This document shows positions 1 through 12,307 of a stretch of 64,000 bases of DNA, piece after piece (position 1 is the stretch's first letter; each line of letters begins with the position of its first letter). Where the stretch lies: contig NC_092679.1 in assembly GCF_964355755.1 (NCBI RefSeq), positions 21,807,432 to 21,871,431 on the forward strand, in the 5' to 3' direction. Source of the stretch: Antedon mediterranea. Its lineage: Eukaryota > Animalia > Echinodermata. The notes beneath the pieces are model-generated. The model worked only from the letters and a program-made list of their open reading frames with translations, searched no databases and was not told the origin of the DNA. The position numbers were made by a program, and so were the translations under genes.

Positions 1-876
1 ACCGATATGGTTGGACGATCCAATACATGTTCATTCAACATAGCAGTATCAATATTTGCATCCTGTCCAGAAGGCTGGTTGTCGTTCCAAGATAGTTGTT
101 ACAAGTTTGAGTCAAGAAGAAGGTCCTGGCCAGACGCTAGATCAAACTGTTTAGAACTAGGTGCAAACTTGGTTGTGGTCAGGAACAAAGCAGAAAATGA
201 CTTTCTTTACAATATGGGAAGCGACCTATGGATAGGCCTATCAGATGTGGAGCGTGAGAGTGACTTCACATGGGTCTCGACAGAATGCAGTCAATATGAC
301 AATTTTGAAGTCGCTGAACCAAACAATGATGGTGGAATCGAAGATTGTGTAGAGCTCTACACAACTTCTGGCAAATGGAATGATATTCCTTGTAACTCAA
401 CAAGAGCTTATGTGTGTGAAATAAGTAACTTCGAAGACCGGAAACCACCTTCATACGGGTCATCCTGTCCAAATGATATTCATCTTCTCACAAAACCAAA
501 TGAAAGAAGAGTAAATGTGTTTTGGCAACCTCCCGTGTGGACAGACGATTCCTCTTGTTTCTCCAATACCAGTAACACTCATTCTCCTGGTGAATTAATT
601 GAAATACCAAATGGAGTTTTAGGAGAAATAATGACTGTTGAGTACACGGCAACGGATATGGTTGGACGCTCGAACAAATGTTTATTCAACATAACAGTAG
701 AGCTTAATATTGAAGATGGTCCAACTGGCCAAGTTTACTGGGTAGTGGTAGTGGTAAGCCTATCAGTTACAGTTTTAATCTTGATAGGTATAATAATTAA
801 AGTTGTACGACGAAACCGTGGCAATGAAAAAGAGTCTTCGGCGGTGCATTTCAACATACTAAAAACAGTCGATTAA
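1..876 (+). CDS. 3' part of a type I membrane protein: end of HYR domain, C-type lectin domain, HYR domain, TM helix, short tail (5'-partial)
   Basis: Frame is open from the window start. CTLD motifs CPEGW..CYKF, WIGL, EPNN..EDC, WNDIPC..YVCE. The HYR end motif (T/ATDMVGRSNxCxFNI) occurs twice. Hydrophobic VYWVVVVVSLSVTVLILIGIII is followed by basic KVVRRNR. Stop at 874-876; AATAAA at ~1144. Confidence 0.85.
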   Translation, partial: TDMVGRSNTCSFNIAVSIFASCPEGWLSFQDSCYKFESRRRSWPDARSNCLELGANLVVVRNKAENDFLYNMGSDLWIGLSDVERESDFTWVSTECSQYDNFEVAEPNNDGGIEDCVELYTTSGKWNDIPCNSTRAYVCEISNFEDRKPPSYGSSCPNDIHLLTKPNERRVNVFWQPPVWTDDSSCFSNTSNTHSPGELIEIPNGVLGEIMTVEYTATDMVGRSNKCLFNITVELNIEDGPTGQVYWVVVVVSLSVTVLILIGIIIKVVRRNRGNEKESSAVHFNILKTVD

Positions 877-1036
877 GCTAGTATCGGTACTGTTTTAATT
901 GTTTTAATTGTCGTAGACCTTTATGATATTTTAACTTGCTTTCTAAAAGTTGTTTTAATTCTTATAATGGTTTTATACATGTATGTACTGCGCATTGATT
1001 GGATATATGGCGCATTGTAAATGCTTTTATTACCCG

Positions 1037-1037
<1 letters not shown>

Positions 1038-1096
<59 letters not shown>

Positions 1097-1099
1097 TTA

Positions 1100-1138
<39 letters not shown>
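1038..1138. repeat. (ATT)n microsatellite
   Basis: About 33 near-perfect TAT/ATT units. Confidence 0.97.
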
Positions 1139-1139
<1 letters not shown>

Positions 1140-1632
1140 TGTAAATAAAAACAATATTTTAAGAAATTAGATATTTTTACGACGGCTTCGTAAACACGTT
1201 TGATATTTTGAAGTTATGATTATAATTTCCAATTGACAAACCAGTTTAATTAATAAATATATGGTAGACATAAAACTCTATCTCGCATCGTATACTGTTT
1301 GTATGAATAAATATGTATGTTTTTAAAGCAAATTCGAATTGATTTCAATAACTTTTGTAAAAGTGGGACAGATCTTTGTCAATGAGTTTGACATACAGGC
1401 CTAACAACACCGTACTACAGCTGTACAGCCATAAAACGTATTATATGACACTGGTGATGCTCACTGTATTTCTTATTCTCACGTCTCCTTTAGAAAAAAT
1501 GTTATAATATTTATTATTTCAACATGTCATCAGCATGTTTATGCCCGCATATTACCCTTGTCTAGAAAATCAAATCAAGTTTGTTATGTGAATAATTTCA
1601 TCTTCATTGTCTCTTGTGGCCTCCATTTGCCT

Positions 1633-2369
1633 TTAGGTGCGTTGGTGAAACTTCTGTCTTGTTTCTTTCTTATACACACAATTATTACTGTGAAGATCCC
1701 CTGCGATTAAAGAGACTCAGTTTTTCGTTTTTAAAGTTGAGATGTCGATGAGTGACCCCCACGAAGATATACTATAATCTGACGCGCGTGCTCAAATACA
1801 CAACGCGTGCGTACAGTTTTCGTTAACTTCGTAAAATGCGCGCTCTCTCTTTCTTCTGTTAAAGACAATTAAGTACAACTTTAAATCTTCACAAGCAAAG
1901 AAGTAACGCACCTGTACTACAGATGTATTTCATTTCATATCTTGCCGCAATATATTTATCTAGCCTGCAGAATACAGAAAATTCGCGAATGATTTTGTTC
2001 TTAAAATGATTATTGGCACGTTTTTCAAATCCACCGAGAGTGATGTGTTTGAATAATATCAATATAAACATCAGTGTCAACATAGAATTATGTCAGAAAG
2101 ATGATGGGTCGATATGAGTGCATGGCGCTGACAAGTTCACTATCGAACCCACCTATATACAATGTGACCCTTAATTTTTTTATGAGAACCTCTCAAATAC
2201 AACAAGAAGCGACAAGCAGCAGATAAAGTAAATTGTACAGTATTTTATTAAAAATTAAAATACACTTCCTATTTACTAGATAGCTAGTTCTATTGTAAGT
2301 TGGTTCCTTGATGTTCAAACCAACTTACCGGGAAATGAGGCAAACAAAGCTATAAAGAAATTCAGACAT
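1633..2369 (-). other. Candidate divergent spliced transcript (lncRNA or 53-aa microprotein)
   Basis: Minus-strand exons 2369-2329 (ATG, donor CG|GTAAGT), 1964-1912 (TTCTGCAG|, AG|GTGCGT) and 1700-1633 (TCGCAG|, TAA) are phase-compatible. Minus-strand AATAAA at ~1515-1510. No recognisable homology. Confidence 0.3.
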
Positions 2370-2504
2370 TTTTATTTTGTTTACAACATACAGTTAGTCC
2401 ACGTCGTGCTCTGTTACTCCGCGTATAAACCGGAAACGCGTGTATGTGCGTAATCTCAAAACTGAGCATAGGAAGTGCGTATTCACACTTACGCGGCTGT
2501 TGAC

Positions 2505-3454
2505 ATGGACGTATCCCCAGCAACGTTTATAAACACGTTGGATACTGTATTCATTTCTTCATTATCTCTCACGATGGCTCAGTATTGTAGAAATATCTCC
2601 AGAGTTACAAAGAAAGACTTGATAGTATATTTATCATTCACTTTATGCGGACTTCTTTTTCTTACGATTCTCAATGATATTGTTGGGTATTCGATTGAAA
2701 GAACGGATAAAACAACACAGAATATAACTACAACTATACTTGTAAGTACAATCTAGGCAACAATAAGGTGGTGGGTCTAGGCCTAGGCTAGCTTGTAAGT
2801 AGAACGGGGAGTAGAAGTTTGATTAATAGAAGTACTTAGCCGTTAATTTTACCGAATAATACTGACAGTACCGTGTCTTTGGAAAAAGTTACTAAACGAC
2901 AGAGGGCACTATTCAATTCAACAATTTCATTCACTATTTTTCCCATCTTCGCAGTTGAATCATGTTGTATCATTTTACTTGGCTTTACTTGGTTTCGTTT
3001 ATAACACCCAAGCTGGAAAAAATTGGAGACACGCTTATAGAGAATGGATAGCAATAGGTAAATATATATATATATATATAATAAATTACTAGAAATATAA
3101 CTACTGTTTACATTACACATTGAATAGACTTGACTAGCCTATGTTTGGTTCTTGACGACAGTGTTTGAATTTTGTTTTACTCTTTTAAGGGCAATCACTT
3201 TTAAGGACCCACCCCTATAGAAACTAATTATTCTATACGAGAATTATTTGTGATTTTCTTTTGTTGAAGTGTATAATAATATAGATTCGAAGAATAAAAA
3301 CGAGCCCTCATATCGGTCGCATGAATTAACATTGTCTTATAAATTTTTTTTAGTTTCCAATTGTTTGGTGTGTATACTCCGTGTTGTGGTGGAGCTCACT
3401 TTCATCAACTATCGACCAGAGGAGTACAGGAATTTTAGCGATTCAGGAAAATAG
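2505..3454 (+). CDS. Uncharacterised small multi-pass membrane protein, 3 exons, ~146 aa
   Basis: Exons 2505-2741 (|GTAAGT, phase 0), 2955-3057 (TTCGCAG|, AG|GTAAAT, phase 1) and 3354-3454 (T-run TAG|, stop TAG) join into one open frame of 441 nt with 3-4 hydrophobic segments. AATAAA at ~3583; GGAA/ETS-like motifs at 2430-2476. Confidence 0.7.
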
Positions 3455-4113
3455 TGTGATGATCCGAAATATCTTCCTCTTTAAATTTCAAATAATACAA
3501 GAGAATATAATTATAGTGGTATTGCATTGAAATGCATTGCTATGGAAATTTATATACATAACTACTGTGCTGTATTTTACTGAATAAAAACAGTTTTACA
3601 AAAATTAATAGGACTAAGTATGTTTTTAATTATGTTCTTATTTAATTACCAGACGACATACAGTATTTCGAGTGGAATTCTAGATATTGTATAACTTTAC
3701 CTTAAAATAAAATGTACTGCAGCTCGTATAAATCGTTAAATTACAAATATAGTACATTTAAATCAAATAAAAAATTTGTAATTTGAAATTAAAAAACAAT
3801 TTTTACAGTATATAATTATGAATAAAACTAAAAATGTACTTAATATAAAAATTGAAGGACGGCTACACACGTCGTCGTCCACCACCGACACACTTTTGGC
3901 AAAAGCTCGCGCTTGCGCAGTTAGTATCACATTTTGGCTGTTTCAAGAAAATTCAAGATGGAAGCTGTTGTTACGATCACGAGAAAATTGGTTTAAGAAA
4001 TATTATTGTAGAAAAGCTAACAGTACGATTGTCTGAAATAAATATAAATGCTAGGTGGTATTACCAACTGGTTTTATAACATCGTATATAGGTTTAGGTT
4101 TATTTAATCTATC

Positions 4114-6533
4114 ATGGCCAAGGCCCAACAAGAGATCATCCAAGCCGATTCTCCTTGTGTGCGGAGCGGAGGCGATGGCGAGGAGAGCGTGGCGCGTACA
4201 GATGATAACATGGGCCTAGAATCGAGGACTTGTTCAATAAACGACTGTAGAAATGGGCCTAATGATAGGTCCCATCGGGAATTCTCGATTCGAGAAATTC
4301 CTAAAAATCATCAAAATTCACATGGTATGGATTGTGATGGATCGTGCCATATGAAATCTGAACCGATTTTAAATAATGAAGTGGACATTGCAGCAATATT
4401 AAAAGAAAAATTAAATTTGAATGGTATGAATATATCGCCATCTCATAATCATGATCACATAGAAAGTTTACATATAGATGCACTTAAGAATTCACATAGT
4501 GAACCAATGGCAGCTGAGGATGAGTGTGGTATGCTTTCGTCAGCATCGGGTGTTACGCAAGAATGTCTTGAGCAACACCTAGTGCTTGATCAACAAACTT
4601 TTAATAACGCAGAAATTGAACAATTTAACCATGAAATGGAATCGACGTTTGATTCCGAATATGAGCTACCTGAAAATATAAATGAGCCGTTCTCGGTTGC
4701 CTCGCTTATTCCTGCGATAGACGGAGATATTGATTCTATTCCGGGAGAAGACGGTGAAGATCCCGTAAAATTGATTGCGTATGAATCGGAAAAACAAATC
4801 CAATCGATAATGGCCTTGATCACCAAAGATTTGTCTGAACCCTATTCCATCTATACATATCGCTATTTCATTCACAATTGGCCAAATCTATGTTTTTTGG
4901 TAAGTGTATATTATACCAATAATAAAAATATTAATGCATACATATAATATAGTTCTTTCAGGTTCCTTGAATGGGGTGCTTGCACCAAGCCAGTCTAACA
5001 ACAGGATGCTGAGCTCCGGAGATCAAAGGATTTATCTGTGGCTGCGACATGATCAGTACCACTCCCCTTAACAGACAAAGCATGCCGCGTAGAATATGTT
5101 CATAGTACAGTGCTGTTGTTTTTTGTCGCAGCAAGACATAAGATCATTTAGGACTGTTACGATTTCCTATCTTGGCAAGGAGAGAGCTAAGCTTACACAC
5201 TTGCTTACACACTCTGGCTTGGTGGAGAAAAACGTAAAATTAACTCGTTTTAAATGGTGTATGAAATTTTCAAATTTAAGTTGTACTAAGGCACCAATAC
5301 AGAAGAAGACACCCTATTAAGGGGATAATTTCCCGTCAAATAGACAATGATCAATATATATTTTGATGACTATAATGGTCAACTTTGTTATACAAAAAGT
5401 GAATCTCAATTATGTTGATAACTTCATTATATAATTTTTGAAATTTTAGGCAATGCATGAAAGTACCTGTGTAGGAGCTATTGTATGTAAACTGGACAAT
5501 CACAAAAAATTGGCAAGAAGGGGATACATTGCTATGCTGGCTGTAGATCAAGCCTACAGGAAAAGGAAAATAGGTATTGAAAATATTTTAATTTATGCTA
5601 ATTGTTATTTTAAATTAAGATTAATCTTGTGTGATAATATATTAATATACCTATCTATATAATATCTTTTGAAGTTCTATTTATTTTATTATGAAGTTTT
5701 TAAATGTTGCATGTTTACAGTATGTCGTGTCATATTGTATTTTTGTGAGGGTCCCTAATGATCAGCTTCGGCTGGATCATGGACCATTTATAGGTCCATG
5801 ACTGGATGGACCACCATCGGAAAAATATTGTTGAAAAAAAATCTTAAGTTTTAGTTTATGAAAGTAATAATTATTATATTATTTTTACAGGATCTAATTT
5901 AGTTATTAAAGCTATACGGACAATGATAAGAAATAAATGTGACGAGGTAAGTTGATTAATTACAAATACAGTAGTATAAATAATCATATAATAATAATCT
6001 CACCCACACATATGATATTAGTATACAGTAAACCATACTATTCACCTACACAGTTTATTCAAATTCATATGAAAGGTGTTTTCACACCAAAGATGTTAGG
6101 GGACAAAAAAGGATTTTGTATTCTTGTGATAGAAATGTTTTTTTGGGGTGACAATTTATTTGGTCTTTAAAACAGAAAATGTGTACAGTACGTAAAGCTC
6201 TGTCTACACTATCAAACTATTTAAAACAAAAAATTGTGATGCTCAAATATGGTAGTGATATGATGTCATCATGTCCATATATGGGCACATCACATTTTGT
6301 TAATTAAAGTTTGATAGTGTGTGTTTGACAGAGCTTAAAACTAGCATGATTTGAGAGACTGATTTATTAAAACGTGTTTTATTACACTTTTCTAGGTTGT
6401 GCTAGAAACCGAAATTACAAACAAGCCTGCACTACGGTTATACGAGAACCTAGGATTTGTGCGTGATAAACGTTTGTTTCGTTACTACCTAAATGGCGTT
6501 GACGCTCTTCGCTTGAAGTTGTGGCTGCGGTAG
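4114..6533 (+). CDS. NAA30: N-alpha-acetyltransferase 30 (NatC catalytic subunit, MAK3), 4 exons, 367 aa
   Basis: Exons 4114-4899, 5450-5573, 5891-5946, 6396-6533, all GT-AG and in phase. Hallmark sequences [43 protein letters not shown] and [45 protein letters not shown]. Confidence 0.97.
4985..5190 (+). mobile_element. MITE family B copy (right TIR degraded) in NAA30 intron 1
   Basis: Clearly alignable over ~200 bp to 10797-11031. Confidence 0.7.
5745..5840 (+). mobile_element. 3' fragment of tRNA-derived SINE
   Basis: GAGGGTCCCTAATGATCAGC..CTGGATGGA and an A-rich tail, shared with the copies at 48366 and 58618. Confidence 0.6.
6195..6336. mobile_element. MITE family A
   Basis: TIR AAGCTCTGTCTACACTATCAAAC ... 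GTTTGATAGTGT..GACAGAGCTT with internal CATCACTACCATATTTGGG-type subrepeats; many copies in the window. Confidence 0.85.
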
Positions 6534-9454
6534 ATGCCTACATTTGGTGCTATACCATTGCAGAATTGAGTTGTATTGGGGTGCAATTGAGTATGTTTTA
6601 TTCTGAAATTCTATACGTGTGGCATGCACACAATTCATGCTCTGCTAACCCCTGCACAGGTGTGGAATATTGTTATTGTTGTGGAATTTGATCTGAAATT
6701 TTTCATCAGAGTGCAAGATTCTTAAGGATGCTGATACAGAATAAAATCAATTTCAATTTTAGATGTAAATAATCATCTAATATAAATTATGTATGTGCAG
6801 TACCCATGCTAACGATTGAGGGCGCATGACTCAACAGAAACTGGAAAGAAACGAATAAGTAGTATGACATAAAAAAGGTATTAGGACAGCTGGTACAGTA
6901 CTTCAAAGTAACTGGAACGTACCATTTGTGACAGAGGTGTGGCTGTGGTGTATGTAGTATCACAATTAGCAGTATGTTCTGAGAACATTAATGGTACATT
7001 CTGATAGGTACAGTGGATGAATGTTCGTGGTAGTGATAGTTCTGGTGGTACATATATGTACCACTATGGGATTTTAGAGGTACAGTAGATATATTAAGGC
7101 ATGTAATAACAATTGACTGGCAGGTAATAATAGAACCTTTGGGCCACTTCTATTCAGGAGACACCGCTGTTAAAGGGGCACTTTCCTATGAAAACAAACA
7201 ATTTATGTTTTAACACTACAGTACAATCAACCTCTATTCAGGAATTGTGTCTGATAGGTGTCCCCTCAATACGAGTTCTTCTATATTTGAATGTCAATTG
7301 AAAGTATTTTTAGATAAAAAATGAGATAAATATAATTTGAAACAGTATTTATCAGCTGATATTTTTAATGACCTCACTCTTCCCTGTATTCCATTGACAA
7401 AAAGGTATCAGTACATTTGAATAATTGCCAGTCAAATCGGAGGTAAATTTATGGTACCTTAGTTGTCTCAAATGACGACGTTAAACGTAATTTTATTGTA
7501 CATAAATGGTACATTTCTTGTCCCTCAAATCAAATATGAATTCACACTACATAAATGCCAGTGTATGTGATATTGATGAGAAATCTATCATATAAAAATG
7601 TATCAGAACAATATTAAGTGTTAAGTTTTTGATATCAAATTCAGCTGAGCCAGTAGAACAGTGCCGATATTATATTCAATGAGAACCTTGTTCGAATTCC
7701 CTAATAGACCCTTTCAAATGAATTTACACTTGTTATGAAAATTGTTCAATATTAATTTTGTAATTTGGTTATTCTTTAAAGACATTGTTTATGATTGGTA
7801 CATTATATATATATATTTTTTAATTTCCATAAATTCGAACTGCTGTCTCTTTTTTCTGTAGGTTGAAAAATATTTTATTAAAACATTTATAAGTTATAGA
7901 TTACCCAATTATAAGGCTGAATATTCTGTATAATAGCTTTTCACATTTAGTGACAGGGGGGCGGGGGGGGGGGATGGTGGGGGAGATTTCTGTATACTGT
8001 AATATTAAAACATAAAATAGTGATACAATCTGTAGGTGTAATAAATCAATCAATCGTGTAATTTGTTAAAGAACAGAAATATATGGGATTTTCCAGAACA
8101 CACAAAAATTAGCGTATTCGGTTGAAGCTTAAACGTCAATTAACTATTAATTGAAACATCAGTGCTTAACAGATTTTCTATTAACAGAGATTTTATAATT
8201 GACTTAAAGTACTTTCATATTTCCTGTTGAGTACAATGGTTTCCGAATCGGATACGCTAAATGAAGAAGAAAATTTACATGGGGTTTTCCCCCGGTTTTC
8301 CCAGAGCAATTTAAAACTGTATTTACATAATACAGTTGGCTGAAGCAGAACAGTAGTATACAATTTAGTTACACTAGATAAACAGTATAGATCCGTAACA
8401 ATTGTATTAATTCCAAATCAAATATTAAGCTCTCTTCCAATTACTGTTAGTATTGAATCGGATATAAACCTATAATCAAATGTAATCCCATGCCCAAATT
8501 TAAGCCCAGATTCTGTACCATGATTTGATTTATTTAGCGCCCGAATTTTGTAGTAAATTCTGAACCATTCTTTACTCCTCGCTACTATGTGATTTTTTTT
8601 TTAATTTTAAAATGTAGTCATATACAGGTAATATTGTACTTTTTCAGATCTAGGAATTGCTATCAATATTAAAAGTAGTCTTTTTTGTAAATCATCATTA
8701 ACCAAGTGTGCAGTTGGGAATCAATAAAAAATGTTAAGGCAATACAAAATGATAAGATTGTACGTTGTATTCTGTGTGTATTGGGAAAACCCCGTCCGAT
8801 ATTAGAGACTTATAATATGCTGCCCTCTATATTGTCAGTATAAAATAAACTTGACACACATGTTAATTAAGCAAAGCAGCTAGCCTAGCCTTAGTTTTAG
8901 TAGCCTTCTTTAATAAACCGTAAACCTATTTCTTTGAGGAAAGAGAGCAGGGCCTAACTAGGAAGACCAAGCAGAACAGACTCTGGGCTAGTAAAATAGT
9001 AGGTCGAAATAGCCTAGGACATATTATAAGCCTAACTAGTAGTATTATTACTACTACTAGCTAGCCCTAACTTCCTAAGTATCCTACTAGCTAGCTAGGC
9101 CTACTACTAGTACTACTAGAATTAGACCAGTACCTTCCTGGCTGGGTTGGTACGGTATCATGATATGGAGGTTAGGCCTAGGTAGGCCTAGCCTACTACT
9201 ACAGTATAAATACAGACAGGGGATCCGGTTCTAAGCCTACCTACAATACATGATGGATGGGTACAGGTTTCGTAATGTTAACGCATGCTAGATAAAGTAG
9301 CCTAGGCCCAGGCCTATTAATATTATAGGCTAGTAGTAGACTAGTAGTAGTGTAGTACTCTAGAGGCCTAATATAACTAGTAGAGTCTAAGCTAGTAATA
9401 GAGGCTGTGATTAAAAAGGCTCATGAGTCATAGAATGCTGTTTTTTTTATAGAA

Positions 9455-9956
9455 ATGTCAAAAGAAGATAAGAATAATAGCTTCCCAGATGCTGGTCAGC
9501 GGAAGAAGTGCTGGAATAACAGAGACCTGTTTTTTAATTGCTTAGACAAGAACAAGGATGAACAGGATAAATGCAAAGAACTCAAAATAGCATTTGAATC
9601 TAGCTGCTCAAAAACATGGGTATGAATGCTAAACATATTTAATTTTCCTTTTTTTATAATAATGTAAAATGTATTATTGAATCAATATTTTGAGATACTT
9701 TATTTATGAAATGGTTTAATTAAATGCATGGCTAATACTGTAGTACATTGAGGTACATAAATATAACATGTTTTGTTACCTCTATGCCGAATATAATTGC
9801 ATTTTATTTGTTTTTTTTGGATACATAAGAATTTTATCCATTTAATTTATACTTATTTTTCAGGTAAAATATTTTTATAGGAAAAGAGATTTTGAAGACT
9901 ACAAAAAGAAGATAGAATACGAGGGATTTAAACCAACAGAAGAAAGTGCATCATGA
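9455..9956 (+). CDS. COA6: Cytochrome c oxidase assembly factor 6, 2 coding exons, 85 aa
   Basis: Exons 9455-9619 (TGG|GTATGA) and 9864-9956. Protein MSKEDKNNSFPDAGQRKKCWNNRDLFFNCLDKNKDEQDKCKELKIAFESSCSKTWVKYFYRKRDFEDYKKKIEYEGF has the CX9C-Xn-CX10C motif and RxxCW..RD / WVKYF, typical of the COA6/COX6B family. An acceptor at 9451-9452 implies an upstream 5'UTR exon. Confidence 0.9.
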
Positions 9957-10796
9957 CGAGACATTATTAAAAAACATTAATATAAATCACGAAGATATTT
10001 TGATTGAGTGGTGGTTGTTAATTGGGATAAAATAAACCATTTAAATACAGTTGGAACCAAGTTATAGTATAACACAGTTTATTAGAAATGTTTTTTTTTT
10101 TCAAACCAACAATTGGTATATAAACTAACCTTGACAGTTTCGCTGTCCTGATCGGACAGCTTCTTCTGATGTAATGACGATCTATCATTTCTAATAAATT
10201 ATTACTACAAACAAGATGAACATTTCCAATCAATATAGCAGAGTAATATTTGCGCATCCGGAGTTCTTGACTCGTTATAATTTTAGTAGTCTCTCTTGGC
10301 AACAAATTTCCATAGCAAATTAAAGTAGTTTTTTAAACGAAAAACCATCATTCTGCACATGCGCACATAATTCTTAGCGTGTGACCAGAATGATTTTTCA
10401 ACTTAAAACCGCACCATTAAAAATGAAAGGTTACCATGATGTGTTTTGATGCTTGTGTGATTGAGTAAAACCCCGGAAGCAGGGCTTTTTGTGTTGAAGA
10501 TCGTTAATTTGTCCATAATTATTGCCGGGGTTTTCCCATTATTTTAGGCCAAATCATAATTTCGCGTAGTTGTATTTACGTTGGTCCATAATTTGCCCAA
10601 ATTTATATAGTAATTACAAATTCTTCGTAGTAAAAATTTTTTTATGAAAAAATCAAATAGAACTGTATTTTATAGCTAAATGGTGAATAATAATTAATAA
10701 TAAAATTAATACTTGTGTTGAGTTCGAATAAACTAAAATAAAAGTAATAACTAATTCTTGAAAAAAAATTAGTTGCTATAATGGTGTCACACTAGA

Positions 10797-11031
10797 ACCA
10801 AGGCAATCTAACAACAGGATACTGAGCTCTGGAGATCAAAGAGTTTACCTGTGGCTGCGACATGATCAGTTCCATGCCCCTTAACAGACGCAGCGTGCTG
10901 CGTGGAATACGTACTTAGTACACTACTGTTGGTATTTGTCGCAGCCAGACATACAGTAAGATCAAAGGAATGTTATGAGTTTCTCTCTTGGCAAGGTGAG
11001 CTCAGTCTTCTGTAGTTAGATTGCCTTGCTA
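10797..11031. mobile_element. MITE family B, complete copy
   Basis: ~30-bp imperfect TIRs CAAGGCAATCTAACAACAGGATACTGAGCTC / GAGCTCAGTCTTCTGTAGTTAGATTGCCTTG; second copy at 4985. Confidence 0.8.
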
Positions 11032-12154
11032 GAACATACTGTACTATGAAAGTGCAAGTGGTCTAATGTTAAAGCATCTACATGCAGAAGAGCAGAAGTT
11101 CAAATCTTGGTTTGGGTGACTTTTTTACTATCTCATATTTTCTACTTACATTCTTAATTTAACAGTTATTTTACTGTACACTATTGAAGGAAAATAATTA
11201 TTTTAGAAAACTTATATTGCAAAACCCTTTCAGAAAAAACCATGGAGTAATCCATGGAAAAAACACAATACTAGTTAATTGGCAGTTACATAATAGTTAA
11301 ATTAATAATAGTTAAATTAATGAAATAATTTTTTTTCTTAAACAAAAAATATGTATATTTTATTACATTTGATCAAAATGTTACAAAAATTAAATTAAAA
11401 AATAATATAATTATTTAAGTTTTTTGTTTTTGTTATTTTTAAAAATAAAATATTGACAGTGACAAACCTCCTTCGGGCCACCTCTATTTAGGTGACACCT
11501 CTATTAAGGTACATTTTCCAGTGAAATAAACAGCAATATATTTCAGGGTACAGCCTCCTATTAAGGACATCTAATCATACACACTTCAAGCCTTTTTATG
11601 TTACATACAAAAAATAATAAATTACCATTAATTTTTAGTACCTCTGCCTAAAAAAAGCACATATGGTACCTCATACATACTCTCAATATACATTTATTAT
11701 TCATTATAACAATGAAAGAATACTCCCTCATAAATTGAACCCTACATAAACTGCAACAATGTTTTACCCTCAAGATGAATTCAATTTGAATCCATCCTCT
11801 GCAAAATGTGACTGGCACATCATTAATGTACCCTGATATTTTGTAACCCTTCATTTTTACCCTCAAGGTAAATTTAAAATACTTTGGACTGGAATTGTCT
11901 CTGACACACACCCAGCTTACACTACAATAACTATTTTAATACAGTACTAAATGTTAGACCTTCACATAGAGCTTTTAATTTGCAATGACCTATGACCTTG
12001 TTAGATCATTGTGCGCATGCAGGGACGTTACCTGATTCTTCTACACAGATTAAACTCATTCTACGTCTTGTCTACGACCAATAGGCAAATCAAAAGCTCC
12101 TTAATACTGATTCAAATATCTCATTACTACAATAGCATCACTATTTCCAATATT

Positions 12155-12307
12155 AAGCTCTGTCTACACTATCAAACTAGTGTGATGTGCCCAAATATGG
12201 TAGTGATATGCCCAAATATTGTACTGTATGACATCATCATGTCCATATATGTTCACATCACATTTTTTTGTCATGTCACATAAAGTTTGATAGTGTGGAC
12301 AGAGCTT
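12155..12307. mobile_element. MITE family A
   Basis: Both TIRs present, flanked by TTA/TAA. Confidence 0.88.

Noticed and set aside
921-1154. 77-aa poly-Ile ORF
   Set aside because: Translation of the (ATT)n microsatellite.
11050-11120. tRNA-like sequence (also ~50190-50270)
   Set aside because: Only degenerate A/B boxes and no cloverleaf; likely SINE heads rather than tRNA genes.
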